A stretch of DNA of 64,000 bases from Gemmatimonadota bacterium (GCA_958295535.1 OY282356.1:2244611-2308610); one strand, 5' to 3'; shown: positions 49,605 through 60,682, counted from the stretch's first letter. Notes: generated by a model not told the origin, from the sequence alone. A program made the numbers and translations.

Positions 49605-51038
49605 GCCACCACGCGGATGGTAGCCGAGTATCGCCTTCACTTCCAGGAACTCCTCGAGTCCGTGCCGACCCGCTTCGCGTCCGTTGCCGGACTGCTTGTA
49701 GCCGCCGAACGGGAGCCGGAAGTCCGGGCGAGCCCCGTTCAGATTAACTTGGCCGGACCTGATCCGGCGCGCGACGGCCCGGCCCCGTTCCGCGTCGCCC
49801 GCCGACACGAACCCGGCCAGGCCGTAGGGAGATTCGTTCGCGATCCGCACCGCGTCGTCATCGTCCTCGTACCCGATCAGCACCAGTACGGGACCGAATA
49901 TCTCCTCGCGCGCCACGGTCATCTGGTTGTTCACATGACCGAAGATCGTGGGACGCGCATAGTACCCCCGCTCCAGGCCCTCGGGACGCCCGGCGCCGCC
50001 CGCTACCAGCTCCGCGCCCTCGTCGATCCCGGCCTGGATCATCCGCTGCACCTTGTCGAACTGCGCGGCCGACGCCAGCGGTCCGACCCTCGTCGCCGGC
50101 TCCGCGGGGTCCCCGACCGCGACTCTCGCCGCCGCCGCCGCCGCGACCTCGGCAGCCTCTTCCATCCGCGCATGGGGCACCAGCATCCGCGTCGGAGCGT
50201 TGCACGACTGTCCTGTGTTGGTGCAAACGGCAAATACGCCGGCCGTCACAGCTCTTGCAAAGTCGGCGTCGTCCAGGATGATGTTGGCCGACTTGCCGCC
50301 GAGCTCCTGCGCCACCCGCTTTACGGTCGCGGCGGCGTTCCGGGCGACCTCCACGCCGGCGCGGGTCGACCCGGTGAAGGAGACCATGGCTACATCGGGA
50401 TGCGCCGCCAGCGCCGCTCCCACCACTGGACCCGATCCGTTCACGAGGTTGAATACGCCGTCCGGCACGCCGGCCTCGTCCAGTATCTCCGCCAGGAGGA
50501 TCGCGTTCAGGGGAGCGATCTCGGACGGCTTGAGCACCATCGTGCAGCCGGCCGCCAGCGCCGGCGCCACCTTGCACGCTATCTGGTTGAGCGGCCAGTT
50601 CCACGGCGTGATGAGGGCGCACACGCCGACGGGCTCCTTTACCACCCGCGAAGTTCCGACATCCGACTCGAAGTCGAAGCGGGCGAGAACCTTCTTCATC
50701 GTCGAGAAATGGGCCAAGCCGGAGGGCACCTGCGCCTTCTCCGCCAGGGTCGTCGGCGCACCCATCTCGGCGCTTACCGTCCGCGCGAGATCTCCCGCCC
50801 GAGCCGCATAGCCTTCGCAAATGCGCTCGAGGAGAGCCAGCCGCTCGTCCCGGCTAGTCCGCGAGAAGGTAATGAAGGCGGTTTGCGCCGCCGCCACCGC
50901 CGCGTCGACATCCTGCCGCCCGCCCATCGCGATGGCCCCGATGACCTCCTCCGTGGCCGGGTTTACGACATCCAGCGTCTCCTCGGAGGAGGGCTCCACC
51001 CACGCGCCATCGATGTAGAAGTTGAGCTGGTTGTCCAC
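49602..51038 (-). CDS. NAD(P)-dependent aldehyde dehydrogenase
   Basis: Motifs LITPWNWP, LKPSE, SFTGST, QELGGKS, NTGQSCNAPTR and EEIFGPV. Confidence 0.95.
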   Translation of the reverse strand: MDNQLNFYIDGAWVEPSSEETLDVVNPATEEVIGAIAMGGRQDVDAAVAAAQTAFITFSRTSRDERLALLERICEGYAARAGDLARTVSAEMGAPTTLAEKAQVPSGLAHFSTMKKVLARFDFESDVGTSRVVKEPVGVCALITPWNWPLNQIACKVAPALAAGCTMVLKPSEIAPLNAILLAEILDEAGVPDGVFNLVNGSGPVVGAALAAHPDVAMVSFTGSTRAGVEVARNAAATVKRVAQELGGKSANIILDDADFARAVTAGVFAVCTNTGQSCNAPTRMLVPHARMEEAAEVAAAAAARVAVGDPAEPATRVGPLASAAQFDKVQRMIQAGIDEGAELVAGGAGRPEGLERGYYARPTIFGHVNNQMTVAREEIFGPVLVLIGYEDDDDAVRIANESPYGLAGFVSAGDAERGRAVARRIRSGQVNLNGARPDFRLPFGGYKQSGNGREAGRHGLEEFLEVKAILGYHPRGG

Positions 51039-51216
51039 TGGTTCAGCCTTTGTATGGGGATTCGGCGCTTATCCGCCGATGCCGCGTTTTGTCCAACTGG
51101 TTCGGCTGGCTGTCCGCGGGCCACCTTCGGGCCACATTGGCATTCGGCCAGCCCTCGCGCGCGGGCCAAGCCCATCCGTGTATAGCTCGCACGCGGCGCT
51201 TGCGAGCCAGACACGG

Positions 51217-51256
51217 AAAAGGCCCCGGCGGACCGCATCTCCGGTCCACCGGGGCC
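51217..51256 (-). terminator. Intrinsic terminator of the TonB-receptor gene
   Basis: On -: ggccccggtggaccg-gagatg-cggtccgccggggcc (15-bp stem, one G-U pair), then TTTT, ~40 bp after the stop. Confidence 0.75.
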
Positions 51257-51298
51257 CCCTGCCGACATGTCAAGCCGCCAGCAGTCGCTCCGCCGCCA

Positions 51299-54058
51299 CT
51301 AGGGGGACAGCCACGACCAGCTGTAGTTCACCCGCACGTAGTAGTAGCCGCCGTTGAACCCGAACGGCGTGCTCTCCGGATAACGCTGTCCAACGCTGAA
51401 GCGATTCGGGTTCTCTCCCGGATACGCGCTCAGCAGGTTCTGCGCCCCGATAGCCACTACGGCGTTATCGCTGATCTCCATGTTGACTTCGGCGTCGACG
51501 ATGAAGCTGCCGCCGTACGTGTGCTCATCGAAGACATCGTACCATCCGTCGTAGTAAGTGCCCCGCAAGAGAGCATGCGCCGGGCCGAACCCGTGCGTAG
51601 CCGTCAGCGCGGCGCGGAAGGAAGGAAGCGCCTGCTCCAGCTGGCCGACGCGATCGTCGTCCACAACTTCCGGATTCCGCTTCGTGACCGTGGTGCCGGT
51701 GTAGTTGAAGAGCATGTTGAAGCTCGTGTTCCCTCCCATCGACTCCGGCGAGTAGTTCGCCACCAAGTCGACGCCCTGGGTGCGCGTCGAGAAGTCGTTG
51801 GTGAAGAAGCGGAACTCGGCCAGATTCCCGGCGCTCGTGATGCCCTCCGACACCAGCCGGCTAACCTCGCTCGGATCGAGCTTGAATGTCTTGGTCTGAG
51901 CGAATCGATCCGAGATCGCGATACGGAAGTAGTCGAGGGTGAGCTTGAAAGCGCCCGCATCGAAGACCGTTCCCGCGGCCATGCTGAACGAACTCTCCGG
52001 CTCGAGCTGCCTGCCGCCTCGCAGAGCGGCTACCGCGGATGTCGACGGGATCGTTCCACGATTGACCAGATCTCCAATCTCCGTGTCGAAGACCGTGGAC
52101 ACGTTGAACGCATTCTGCTGCCCCGGGGTCGGCGCCCGGAAGCCGGTGCCGCTGCTCGCGCGCACCGCAATCTGGTCGCTCAACTCGTATCGTCCCGACG
52201 CCTTCCACGTCAGCTTCGCGCCGAAGTCCGAGAAGTTCTCGTAGCGCGCCGCGGCGCCGAAGGTCCAGGGAGTCTGTCCGCTGCCCAGATTCAAGTCGCC
52301 GTAAAGGGCGATGTTCCTGCGGGTCCAGTCGCCCGCCGCAATTGGGCTGAAGCCGGGGAATCCGTTCGATGAAGAGCTGAACCCCTGGGACGCGTACGGT
52401 CCGATGGTCCAAGACTCTTCCTGGCCCTGGCCAATGCGGAACCGCTCTTCGCGACGCTCGAAACCGCCGGCCAAGAAAGCCATCTCGCTAAGCGAGTAGG
52501 AGACGTCGAAGTTCAGGTTGATCTCCACTTGGTCGTACAGCCCGGGATCGAAGTGGGTCGGCGTATTCGGCCCGAGGGCGGCGTTGACAGTGTTATAGAT
52601 GAAGAAGTCGGCGAGATGCCTGCCCCAGCTCGCGCTCGCGTCCCAGCTGAAACCATCGGTCGTGCCGCCTTTGACGCCACCGACGATCGAAGCGTCCATG
52701 ACGTCGCCACCGAACTGCGGCGTGAACCCGCCCGGGAACATCTCCTGGAACGAGAAGCAGTTGGGATCGTCGAACACCTGCTGCAAGGCTACGGGATCCG
52801 GAACGTTGTTCGTGATTCTGACTACCGGACAGTTCGACGACCCGTCATCAACGCCGTCCGCGGCGTCGCGCACATCGCCTATCAGCAGCGTCTCGCCGCC
52901 GTCCCCGCTGAAAACTCCGCCGCGCGTGTTCGGATTACGGAAGAAGAAGCCGCCGTCGACGCGCTTCGTCGAGTGGTTGCCGAAGACGTATATCTGCTCG
53001 TCGTCGTTGAAGTTGTACCCCATGTTCGCCCACAGCTTGAGATCGTCGGTGACTTCCGGCGAACCCCATATCTGCGCGGTGGGCGTACGAACTGCGCTGT
53101 TGCCTGCTTGAATCAGATTGGTCGCGTCGGATCGCTGCACGGCCCGGTCCGTCGGATCCTGGTTGCCGTACTCGACGCTGATGTTGGCGAAACCGCTGGG
53201 ACCGAGCGGTATGCCGACGTTGCCGGCCACCGTGGTCATGTCGCCGTCGCCCTCGTAGTAGCTGCCCCTCTTGACTTCAACGCTGCCGCCCGAGCGGCTA
53301 TCCTTGAGGACGAAGTTCATCACGCCGGCGATGGCGTCCGACCCGTACTGCGCCGATGCGCCGTCCCGCAACACCTCGACCTGCCGCAGCGCGATACCCG
53401 GGATCGACCCGATGTCGGGTCCCTGGGCCCCGTCCGAACGCCCGTTGCCGAGCCATGTGATAACGGATCCGCGGTGGCGGCGTTTGCCGTTCAGCAGCAC
53501 GAGCGTGTGGTCCGGCGCCAAGCCCCTAAGGTTGGCGGGGCGGGTGATCGTCGCGGCGTCGCTGATCGGTTCGATGTTGACATTGTAGGACGGAACCACG
53601 CTGCGAAGCAGGAAGTCCAGGTTGGACTCGCCCTGCCGGGCGACTTCGGCAACCGGGATCACATCCACCGGAACCATCGATTCCGTGACCGTTCGCGGAG
53701 GGGTGCGGCTGCCGACCACGACCAACTCGGAGAGGTTGACCGCCGACGGCTCGAGCATGACGTCCACGTTCGCGCCCTGGCCGCTCACGGAGACTGTCTC
53801 CGTCCACACGGCGTAGCCTATTAGGCGAACTTCCAGAACATGGTCTCCCGCTGGCACATCGGGAATGGAGAAGGCCCCGTTTGGCCCCGAAGGGACGGAG
53901 ACATTGAGCGATGGGATCGCGACGCGGGCGTTTTCCAGGCCCCTCAGGGAACTCGCGTCCCGGACCGTGCCCTCGACGCTGCCCTGTGCCAATGCCGCCG
54001 AGGGCATCGCCACGAGGGCCGTAAAGAAGGCGGCTGTCACAAATAGTCGTTTGAACAT
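51299..54058 (-). CDS. TonB-dependent receptor with N-terminal carboxypeptidase-regulatory-like domain
   Basis: ATG 54058 after AAGGAG; signal ...AALA/Q; ELVVVG TonB-box-like segment; plug motifs LRGL...TLVLLNGKR and VEVLRDGASAQYGSDAIAGVMN; terminal strand YYVRVNYSW. Confidence 0.95.
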   Translation of the reverse strand: MFKRLFVTAAFFTALVAMPSAALAQGSVEGTVRDASSLRGLENARVAIPSLNVSVPSGPNGAFSIPDVPAGDHVLEVRLIGYAVWTETVSVSGQGANVDVMLEPSAVNLSELVVVGSRTPPRTVTESMVPVDVIPVAEVARQGESNLDFLLRSVVPSYNVNIEPISDAATITRPANLRGLAPDHTLVLLNGKRRHRGSVITWLGNGRSDGAQGPDIGSIPGIALRQVEVLRDGASAQYGSDAIAGVMNFVLKDSRSGGSVEVKRGSYYEGDGDMTTVAGNVGIPLGPSGFANISVEYGNQDPTDRAVQRSDATNLIQAGNSAVRTPTAQIWGSPEVTDDLKLWANMGYNFNDDEQIYVFGNHSTKRVDGGFFFRNPNTRGGVFSGDGGETLLIGDVRDAADGVDDGSSNCPVVRITNNVPDPVALQQVFDDPNCFSFQEMFPGGFTPQFGGDVMDASIVGGVKGGTTDGFSWDASASWGRHLADFFIYNTVNAALGPNTPTHFDPGLYDQVEINLNFDVSYSLSEMAFLAGGFERREERFRIGQGQEESWTIGPYASQGFSSSSNGFPGFSPIAAGDWTRRNIALYGDLNLGSGQTPWTFGAAARYENFSDFGAKLTWKASGRYELSDQIAVRASSGTGFRAPTPGQQNAFNVSTVFDTEIGDLVNRGTIPSTSAVAALRGGRQLEPESSFSMAAGTVFDAGAFKLTLDYFRIAISDRFAQTKTFKLDPSEVSRLVSEGITSAGNLAEFRFFTNDFSTRTQGVDLVANYSPESMGGNTSFNMLFNYTGTTVTKRNPEVVDDDRVGQLEQALPSFRAALTATHGFGPAHALLRGTYYDGWYDVFDEHTYGGSFIVDAEVNMEISDNAVVAIGAQNLLSAYPGENPNRFSVGQRYPESTPFGFNGGYYYVRVNYSWSWLSP

Positions 54059-54092
54059 TTCTATACTACTCTCCTTTTTTGAATCTAGTGGG

Positions 54093-54184
54093 TCTGGATT
54101 CACTGCCTGGGACGATCTGGATTCACTGCCTGGGACGATCTGGATTCACTGCCTGGGACGATCTGGATTCGCTGCCCGGGACGA
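54093..54184. repeat. 4 x 23-bp contiguous tandem repeat in the TonB-receptor leader
   Basis: tctggattcactgcctgggacga x3 exact, plus one copy with 2 substitutions; no spacers. Confidence 0.93.
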
Positions 54185-54269
54185 TACGATAGCGGCCCGG
54201 GCCCGGACCTCGCGTCAGCATTGCAAGTCTCGCAGCCCGAACCGACAAGCCCGAAGCCCGATCAACAAG

Positions 54270-54479
54270 TCAGCTTGGCTGCTTGACCACGTTCTCCGCC
54301 TTGGGTCCCTTGGGTCCTTCGACCACATCGAGCTCGACCCTCTCGCCCTCCGCCAAACTCCGGAAGCCTTCCGCCTGGATCGCCGTGTGGTGGACGAAGA
54401 CCTCGGGTCCATCATCCAGCGCTATGAAGCCGAATCCCTTCTGGTCATCGAACCACTTGACTGTTCCGCTCCTGCCCAT
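54270..54479 (-). CDS. Cold-shock domain protein (69 aa)
   Basis: [15 protein letters not shown] (RNP1) and VFVH (RNP2); ATG 54479 after AGGAG. Confidence 0.97.
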   Translation of the reverse strand: MGRSGTVKWFDDQKGFGFIALDDGPEVFVHHTAIQAEGFRSLAEGERVELDVVEGPKGPKAENVVKQPS

Positions 54480-54601
54480 ACCTGCTCCTGAACACTTCAT
54501 GTTGTAACCAAGCGCGCATGCTTGCGCGGGTGACGCATGCGCACACCGTTCCGCACCCCCGCAGCCTTGCGCGTGCTCAACAGCCGCAACCCAGCGAACA
54601 T

Positions 54602-54630
54602 ACAATACAAGCCATGCGCGCCATTGTCCA
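54602..54630 (-). promoter_or_regulatory. Putative sigma70-type promoter for the cold-shock gene
   Basis: TGGACA-N17-TATTGT on -. This implies a ~115-nt leader, and long leaders are typical of csp mRNAs. Confidence 0.55.
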
Positions 54631-54680
54631 CTGTCAGTGACGGCGAGGGGGCTACTGTCAGTGACGGCGAGGGGGCTACT
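54630..54680. repeat. 2 x 24-bp perfect tandem repeat
   Basis: actgtcagtgacggcgagggggct at 54630-54653 and 54654-54677. Confidence 0.9.
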
Positions 54681-54694
54681 TCTTCGCGGTCAGG

Positions 54695-55483
54695 CTACTT
54701 CTTGGCGGTTAGAAAGTTGCGAAGACGAAGTTTCGTCTGGTGATCCTTCATCTTCACGCCTTGCATGCTCTGGCCTCGGATGTAGGTGCGCTGCCAACCC
54801 TGCTCCACCGCATCGTCCTCGTGCGCGTGAAGGTCCTCTATGAACTGCTCTCTCGATTCCCGCCAAGTCCGGAACTGGTTGGACAGGCGGCGGTCGTCAT
54901 CGAGTTTGCGCATCCTGGGGCGCACGCTCTCGAGGTAATCGCGCGGGATCGGCATGATCCGGCAGATGGGCTCGCCCTCCTCGAAGCCGATCCAGTGCTT
55001 CGGCCTCGTGATCTTCCAGTTCATCGTGAAAGAGAAGGGCGCCCAGTCGGTTTCGATGATTCCGTCGAGCGGGACAATGCCGTCTTTCGGAGAGTTGGGG
55101 CAGCCCCGCGCCCACAAGTTGTGGTCTTTCGAGGTCCGGAAGAGGTACCCCGGCGTGAACGTCAGCACGCCGCTTCCAAAGTGGCTGGCTACCGCGGCGT
55201 TCGGCTCGCCATCCCATCGAAACTTGATGGAGCCGATATCGTTCTTCCCGTCCCATCGAACCCAGAACTTGGCCGGACAGAGGAGATCCCACCCGGCTTG
55301 GTTCGCTATCAGCAGCGGAAGGCAGCGGTAGGCGAAGCGATCCGGAGTTGCGTCCATCCAGTCGCGGCGCGGGGAGCCCGCGACAATTTCCAGCGGGTCA
55401 TCGACTAGCCGGTAGGCGACCAAATCCAGCCCCCGGCTGGTGGCGCGGACCACCCTCGAGCGCGACTTGCTCTTCTTAGCCAC
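54695..55483 (-). CDS. DUF6065-family protein
   Basis: R.WMD.TP.RFAYRCLPL.IAN..GW, SHFG.GVLTF, G.PN.PKDGI.PL.G.IETDW.PF.FTMNW. Confidence 0.8.
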   Translation of the reverse strand: MAKKSKSRSRVVRATSRGLDLVAYRLVDDPLEIVAGSPRRDWMDATPDRFAYRCLPLLIANQAGWDLLCPAKFWVRWDGKNDIGSIKFRWDGEPNAAVASHFGSGVLTFTPGYLFRTSKDHNLWARGCPNSPKDGIVPLDGIIETDWAPFSFTMNWKITRPKHWIGFEEGEPICRIMPIPRDYLESVRPRMRKLDDDRRLSNQFRTWRESREQFIEDLHAHEDDAVEQGWQRTYIRGQSMQGVKMKDHQTKLRLRNFLTAKK

Positions 55484-55641
55484 CGCTAGCCCTTCCGGGC
55501 CACCGCCGGCGCGGACGCGCTCCGGCTACCGGCCAAGCTCCGATTGGACCCACTCCGGCTGTCGGCCACGCCGCGGTTGGCGGTGCGGACATCCGTAACG
55601 CCGTTTTCCTGGACGGACGCCCCTCGGATCCAGCTATCCCC

Positions 55642-56196
55642 TCACGACCGGGGCACGCGGTTCTGCGGACCGAAGCCCCCGCCTCCGCCGCCGTTAGAAA
55701 CTTCGAAGAGCAGTTTGGCAAGGTCGAAGTTGAACATCGTTCCGTTGATCTCGGCAGAGCCTTGCAACCGAACCCAGTCGCGGAGGATGGTCAGCTGAAC
55801 GACGATCTCGCTAGGCGCACCGGGCAAGGACGATTCGACCGACATCGTGATCCGCCTAGTAGTCACGTCGTACTTCCATGTTCCGTAGAAGGAAAAATTC
55901 AAATTGCGATCGTCGAAGCCCATGCTAGGCAACATTACGCGGCCGCTGAGAGTCTGCGCAGACCCGAAGACGAGACGGACATCGGACCCCTCCGGGAGCG
56001 GAGCATAGCTCGGAGCGGCAGGTATCAAGTCCTCCAAGTCCTGGATAGGCCGGTACGCGCCCACGATGGTATGATGCACCGTTCGGTACGCGACCCCATA
56101 GGGATTGTTGTCGGACTCGCACGCCGTTGCGAGGGAGAGGACGAGCAGAGCCAAAGCGGCAGGCACGAATCTGCGGAGTGATGCGATGCTTCTCAT
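55642..56196 (-). CDS. Hypothetical lipoprotein (beta-rich)
   Basis: ATG after AGGAGG; lipobox LATAC; no family recognised. Confidence 0.7.
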   Translation of the reverse strand: MRSIASLRRFVPAALALLVLSLATACESDNNPYGVAYRTVHHTIVGAYRPIQDLEDLIPAAPSYAPLPEGSDVRLVFGSAQTLSGRVMLPSMGFDDRNLNFSFYGTWKYDVTTRRITMSVESSLPGAPSEIVVQLTILRDWVRLQGSAEINGTMFNFDLAKLLFEVSNGGGGGGFGPQNRVPRS

Positions 56197-56677
56197 GACG
56201 GCACCTCCTGGACTTGCTGCACGGGCTGTTCCTGGACGGATCCCGCGAGCGCATTGTAACAGGCGGGTGGTTGGTCAACGACCAAACGATCCGGGTAGAT
56301 ACGAGTGACCGCTACAACTACCCATGCCTAAGTAATGCTGCCTACCCTGCCCGCGCAAGCGTGTTCCGATGTCCGGCAATCCGCAATAACGGCGTATTGC
56401 GCAGGCCCAGGGGCATCCTCGGCTGGCGGCGCATCATGCGGCGCATGCCCGGCCAAGGGTCCGGCGCCGCTTGGAACAAGTCGCTGCAAGGCGCCGTGGC
56501 CAAACCCCGAAGTTGCGGCCGGAACATCCTGGCGTGCAGCATACGGGCGAGCGGCGCATGGGCGGGCGACTGCAAGCTGCCTCGGTTCTTGCGTAAGTCG
56601 CCTCGGCTCCTGCGTACATTTTTTTGAACCGCCGCATGGCGGGCACGCCTGGAACATTCGCCAAAGAAATCAAGACG

Positions 56678-57955
56678 ATGATCAAGATTCGCCCTGTCCC
56701 GCGCGCGCTCGTTCCGGCAAGCAACGATGCCGCGAGCCGAATCTCCGCACCCAACTACGACGAGTTTCAGAGCGACATGGAAATCTGGGAGGCGATCCGG
56801 AGCGCGCCCGATTCAGTGCTCGGCGTTACCATGGCGCACTGCGCCACACCCGCTCCGTCCCAGATCATGAAGGGGGACTCCTACGAAGCGCTGCATCACG
56901 CGCGGATCAACTTTGCGCGGCTGCGCGAATCGCCTCTGACCCGCGAGGCCGAGAGCGTTCTCTACATCTACGAGATCACGGACCCTCGACGTCCCGGCGT
57001 TCGGCAGACAGGTCTCGGCGGGCTGGCTCCCACAGCCGACATCCGGACGGAGAAGACGCCGGGCGGAACTATCATCCGCAACGAGGGCGTTCGCGAGCCG
57101 AAGGCGAGGGGACGCGCCCGCCTGACCGAGGCGACCGGAGCATTCATAGGAACCGTGAACAACGCGGTGCCGGATGCCGACGGCAAGTTCGCGGCCGCGC
57201 TGGAGCGTTACGCCGATGACGCCGCCCCCCACTTCGAAGTCCGGGGCGCCGGGAACACGACCCACCGAATCTGGCTGGTCCAGGAGGAGCGGGACGCATC
57301 CCGGTTCCAGCGGCTGCTCGCCAAGCAGCCCGAAGCGTACGTTGCGGACGGCAACCACCGGAGCGCCGCCGCCGCGATGCTGGGACACGAATTCTTCCTG
57401 GCGGTTTTCTTTCCGGCGGAGCGGATGACGATCTACCCGTACAACCGGCTGGTCCGCCTGGAGGGCGAACGGGAGGATGCGGAGTCGCGGATAGACGAAG
57501 CGCTGAAGGGGTCGTTCAGGTGGGAGGCGACGACCGGGTGGGAGGCGACGACCGGACGCGCCGAGCCAATTCAGCCGGACACGACCCATGAAATCGGCAT
57601 CTACACGAGCCGGGGAGGGTGGCGGCGGGCGGTCGCCCGCCAGGGAAGCTACGATCCGGAAGACGCGGCCGGCTCGATAGACCACGACATCGTCCAGCGG
57701 ACGCTCTTTGCCGGTCTTGGAATCGCGGATCCCGCAGATGAACGGCTGGCTTTCGTCGGCGCCAACAAGGACGCCGGCTGGCTGGCTGCCGAGGTGGACG
57801 AGGAACGCGCCACCCTCGCCGTAACGCTGCCCGCGGTGACGATGAGCCAGTTCGTCGCAGTGTGCCGGCAGCGCCAAATGATGCCTCCGAAGTCGACTTG
57901 GTTCGAGCCGAAGATCCGGAGCGGACTGGTCATGGCGCTTCTGGACGCCTCCTGA
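56678..57955 (+). CDS. DUF1015-family protein
   Basis: Motifs APNYDE, LYIYE, YVADGNHRSAAA, IYPYNRLV and MMPPKSTWFEPKIRSGL. Probable ATG 56678. The 3' end overlaps the convergent ligase gene by 26 bp. Confidence 0.88.
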   Translation: MIKIRPVPRALVPASNDAASRISAPNYDEFQSDMEIWEAIRSAPDSVLGVTMAHCATPAPSQIMKGDSYEALHHARINFARLRESPLTREAESVLYIYEITDPRRPGVRQTGLGGLAPTADIRTEKTPGGTIIRNEGVREPKARGRARLTEATGAFIGTVNNAVPDADGKFAAALERYADDAAPHFEVRGAGNTTHRIWLVQEERDASRFQRLLAKQPEAYVADGNHRSAAAAMLGHEFFLAVFFPAERMTIYPYNRLVRLEGEREDAESRIDEALKGSFRWEATTGWEATTGRAEPIQPDTTHEIGIYTSRGGWRRAVARQGSYDPEDAAGSIDHDIVQRTLFAGLGIADPADERLAFVGANKDAGWLAAEVDEERATLAVTLPAVTMSQFVAVCRQRQMMPPKSTWFEPKIRSGLVMALLDAS

Positions 57956-59765
57956 CCGCCGCCTCTCGGAGCGCCGCGCGGTCGATCTTTCCCAGATGCG
58001 TCCGCGGCAGCGCGTCCGCCAGGTGGATCGTGGCCGGCGCCTTGTACGACGCCAGCCGAGATGCCACGAAGTCTCGCAACGCCAGCTTCAGATCGGACGG
58101 AGGATCTTCGGATTTGTCCGCCGGGGTCGCGACGGCGCCGCGCTTTGGCTCCGCGCCGATCGAGGGGACGACCCAGGCTACCGTCTCTGCCAGACCATGA
58201 CGATTCCGCACGCCGACAACCGCCACATCGGCCACGGCGGAGTGCTGCAACATGCAGCTCTCGATCTCCGCCGGCGCCAGCCACTTCCCCTTGACCTTGA
58301 GCATGTCGTCGCCGCGGCCGCGGTAGACGAACCAACCCTCCTCGTCGCAGGCGACCATGTCTCCCGAGACGTGCCACTCGCCCCGGAAAGCTCGAGCTGT
58401 CGCTTCGGCCTGCTGCCAGTACCCTGACGCGCGGGACTTCCCCCGCACCCACAGCCAGCCGGCTTCCCCGCAGGGGACGTCGCGCCCCTCGTCGTCGCGC
58501 ACGCGCACTTCGAAGCCGGGGACCACCGTTCCCAGCTTTCCGGGGCGCGCGCGGCCAAGCCGGTTGCTAACGAAAATGTGCCACATCTCGGCGGTCCCGA
58601 GACCGTCCAGCAGTTCCGAGCCGAATGTCTCCCGCCACTGGCGGCAGAGTCCCTCCGACAACGCCTCGCCGGCGGAGGTCGCAAACCGGAGAGAAGAGAG
58701 GTCGCGGCTCTCCGCGCCGGGATGCCGCAGCATCTCCCGAACCATCGAGGGCACATTGACCAGCACCGTCGGCCTGAACTTCTCGATCTTCTCGAATACG
58801 ACTTCCGGGGTGCACCTGTCGGGAAAGAGCGTCGCCGTGGCGCCCACCGAAAAGGGGAAGAAGAGGTTGGACCCCGTCGCGTATCCGAAGAAGAGCTTCG
58901 GAACCGAGAGCGTGACGTCGCGTTCGGAGAGCTGCAGAACTCGCTTGCCGTAGCGCTCGGTCGTGTTGGCGAAGGATGCGTGCGTCTGCACGACCCCCTT
59001 GGGGCGTCCGGTGGTCCCGCCGCTGAAGAGCCATATGGCGGCATCGTCCCGGTGCGCCGGGAACGGCTGCAGCTCCGCTGGCGAACGCCGCAACCGCTCC
59101 TCGAACTCCGTTGTGTCGACGACGAGGATATCGCGTGGCGCGCGTATGCCAGCGCCCCAGTCGGTCCTTCGGCAATCCCCCGAGGCCGGGCGAGCGCCGC
59201 CGGCCTCCCGCCGGCTACCGCCCTTGCCCCTGTCCCGAGCTTGCCGAACCACTTCCGAATCCCGGCCCGTCCCGTCCTCTTCCCCGCGAATCACACCGGC
59301 GTTACAGTGCATTTTGCCTTCGCCATGGGCGCCGGCGGCCGAAACGCCCTCGTCGGAACGCGAGGCGGCTTCCCTGAAGCGCGGAGCGCGTTTGGAGTCT
59401 GTAAGCAGAACGGCGCCGCGGGTGTAGCGGAACAGACCGACGATCTCTTCACAGCGGAGGAACGGATTCAACATCACGCCGACCGCGCCTATTCTCAGCG
59501 CGCCAAACAGCGCCGCAACGAAGCTCGGCCCGTCCGGGAGGGCGATCAGAATTCGTTCTTCGGGCCGGACCCCGGCCTCCCGGAGGAGATTCCCGTAGCG
59601 GTTGGCCAGATCATCGAGCTCGGCGTAGGTGACTTGGCCCTCGGCGGCGAGGAGGGCGCAACGGCTACCTCGTCCCTCGCGGATACGATCGCCGAGGAAG
59701 TATTCGGATATGTTGAACCGTTCGGGCGGATCGAACGGCGGCGGCCTGTCGGCTGGTTCTCTCAT
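57930..59765 (-). CDS. Benzoate/aminobenzoate-CoA ligase family protein
   Basis: Motifs WLFSGGTTGRPKGV, PKLFFGYATG, SAGEAL, LDGLGTAEMWHIF, GRGDDMLKV and LPRTHLGK. Probable ATG 59765. Confidence 0.92.
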   Translation of the reverse strand: MREPADRPPPFDPPERFNISEYFLGDRIREGRGSRCALLAAEGQVTYAELDDLANRYGNLLREAGVRPEERILIALPDGPSFVAALFGALRIGAVGVMLNPFLRCEEIVGLFRYTRGAVLLTDSKRAPRFREAASRSDEGVSAAGAHGEGKMHCNAGVIRGEEDGTGRDSEVVRQARDRGKGGSRREAGGARPASGDCRRTDWGAGIRAPRDILVVDTTEFEERLRRSPAELQPFPAHRDDAAIWLFSGGTTGRPKGVVQTHASFANTTERYGKRVLQLSERDVTLSVPKLFFGYATGSNLFFPFSVGATATLFPDRCTPEVVFEKIEKFRPTVLVNVPSMVREMLRHPGAESRDLSSLRFATSAGEALSEGLCRQWRETFGSELLDGLGTAEMWHIFVSNRLGRARPGKLGTVVPGFEVRVRDDEGRDVPCGEAGWLWVRGKSRASGYWQQAEATARAFRGEWHVSGDMVACDEEGWFVYRGRGDDMLKVKGKWLAPAEIESCMLQHSAVADVAVVGVRNRHGLAETVAWVVPSIGAEPKRGAVATPADKSEDPPSDLKLALRDFVASRLASYKAPATIHLADALPRTHLGKIDRAALREAAVRRRPEAP

Positions 59766-59860
59766 CTGGCGAATTCGGCGGACCAGGGATAGCGGATGAC
59801 GGAAGCGAACCCTCTCCGAAGGCACTCTATGCCCGCCTGTTCGCGGCATCAACCAGACTC

Positions 59861-60678
<818 letters not shown>

Positions 60679-60682
<4 letters not shown>

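Noticed and set aside
49152-53824. Long + strand ORFs 49152..51185, 51050..52372 and 52529..53824 (likewise 40606..42759)
   Set aside because: They are antisense shadows of well-supported minus-strand genes (ALDH, TonB receptor, addAB).
54093-54184. 23-bp repeats as a CRISPR array
   Set aside because: The copies are contiguous with no spacers, and there are no cas genes in the window.
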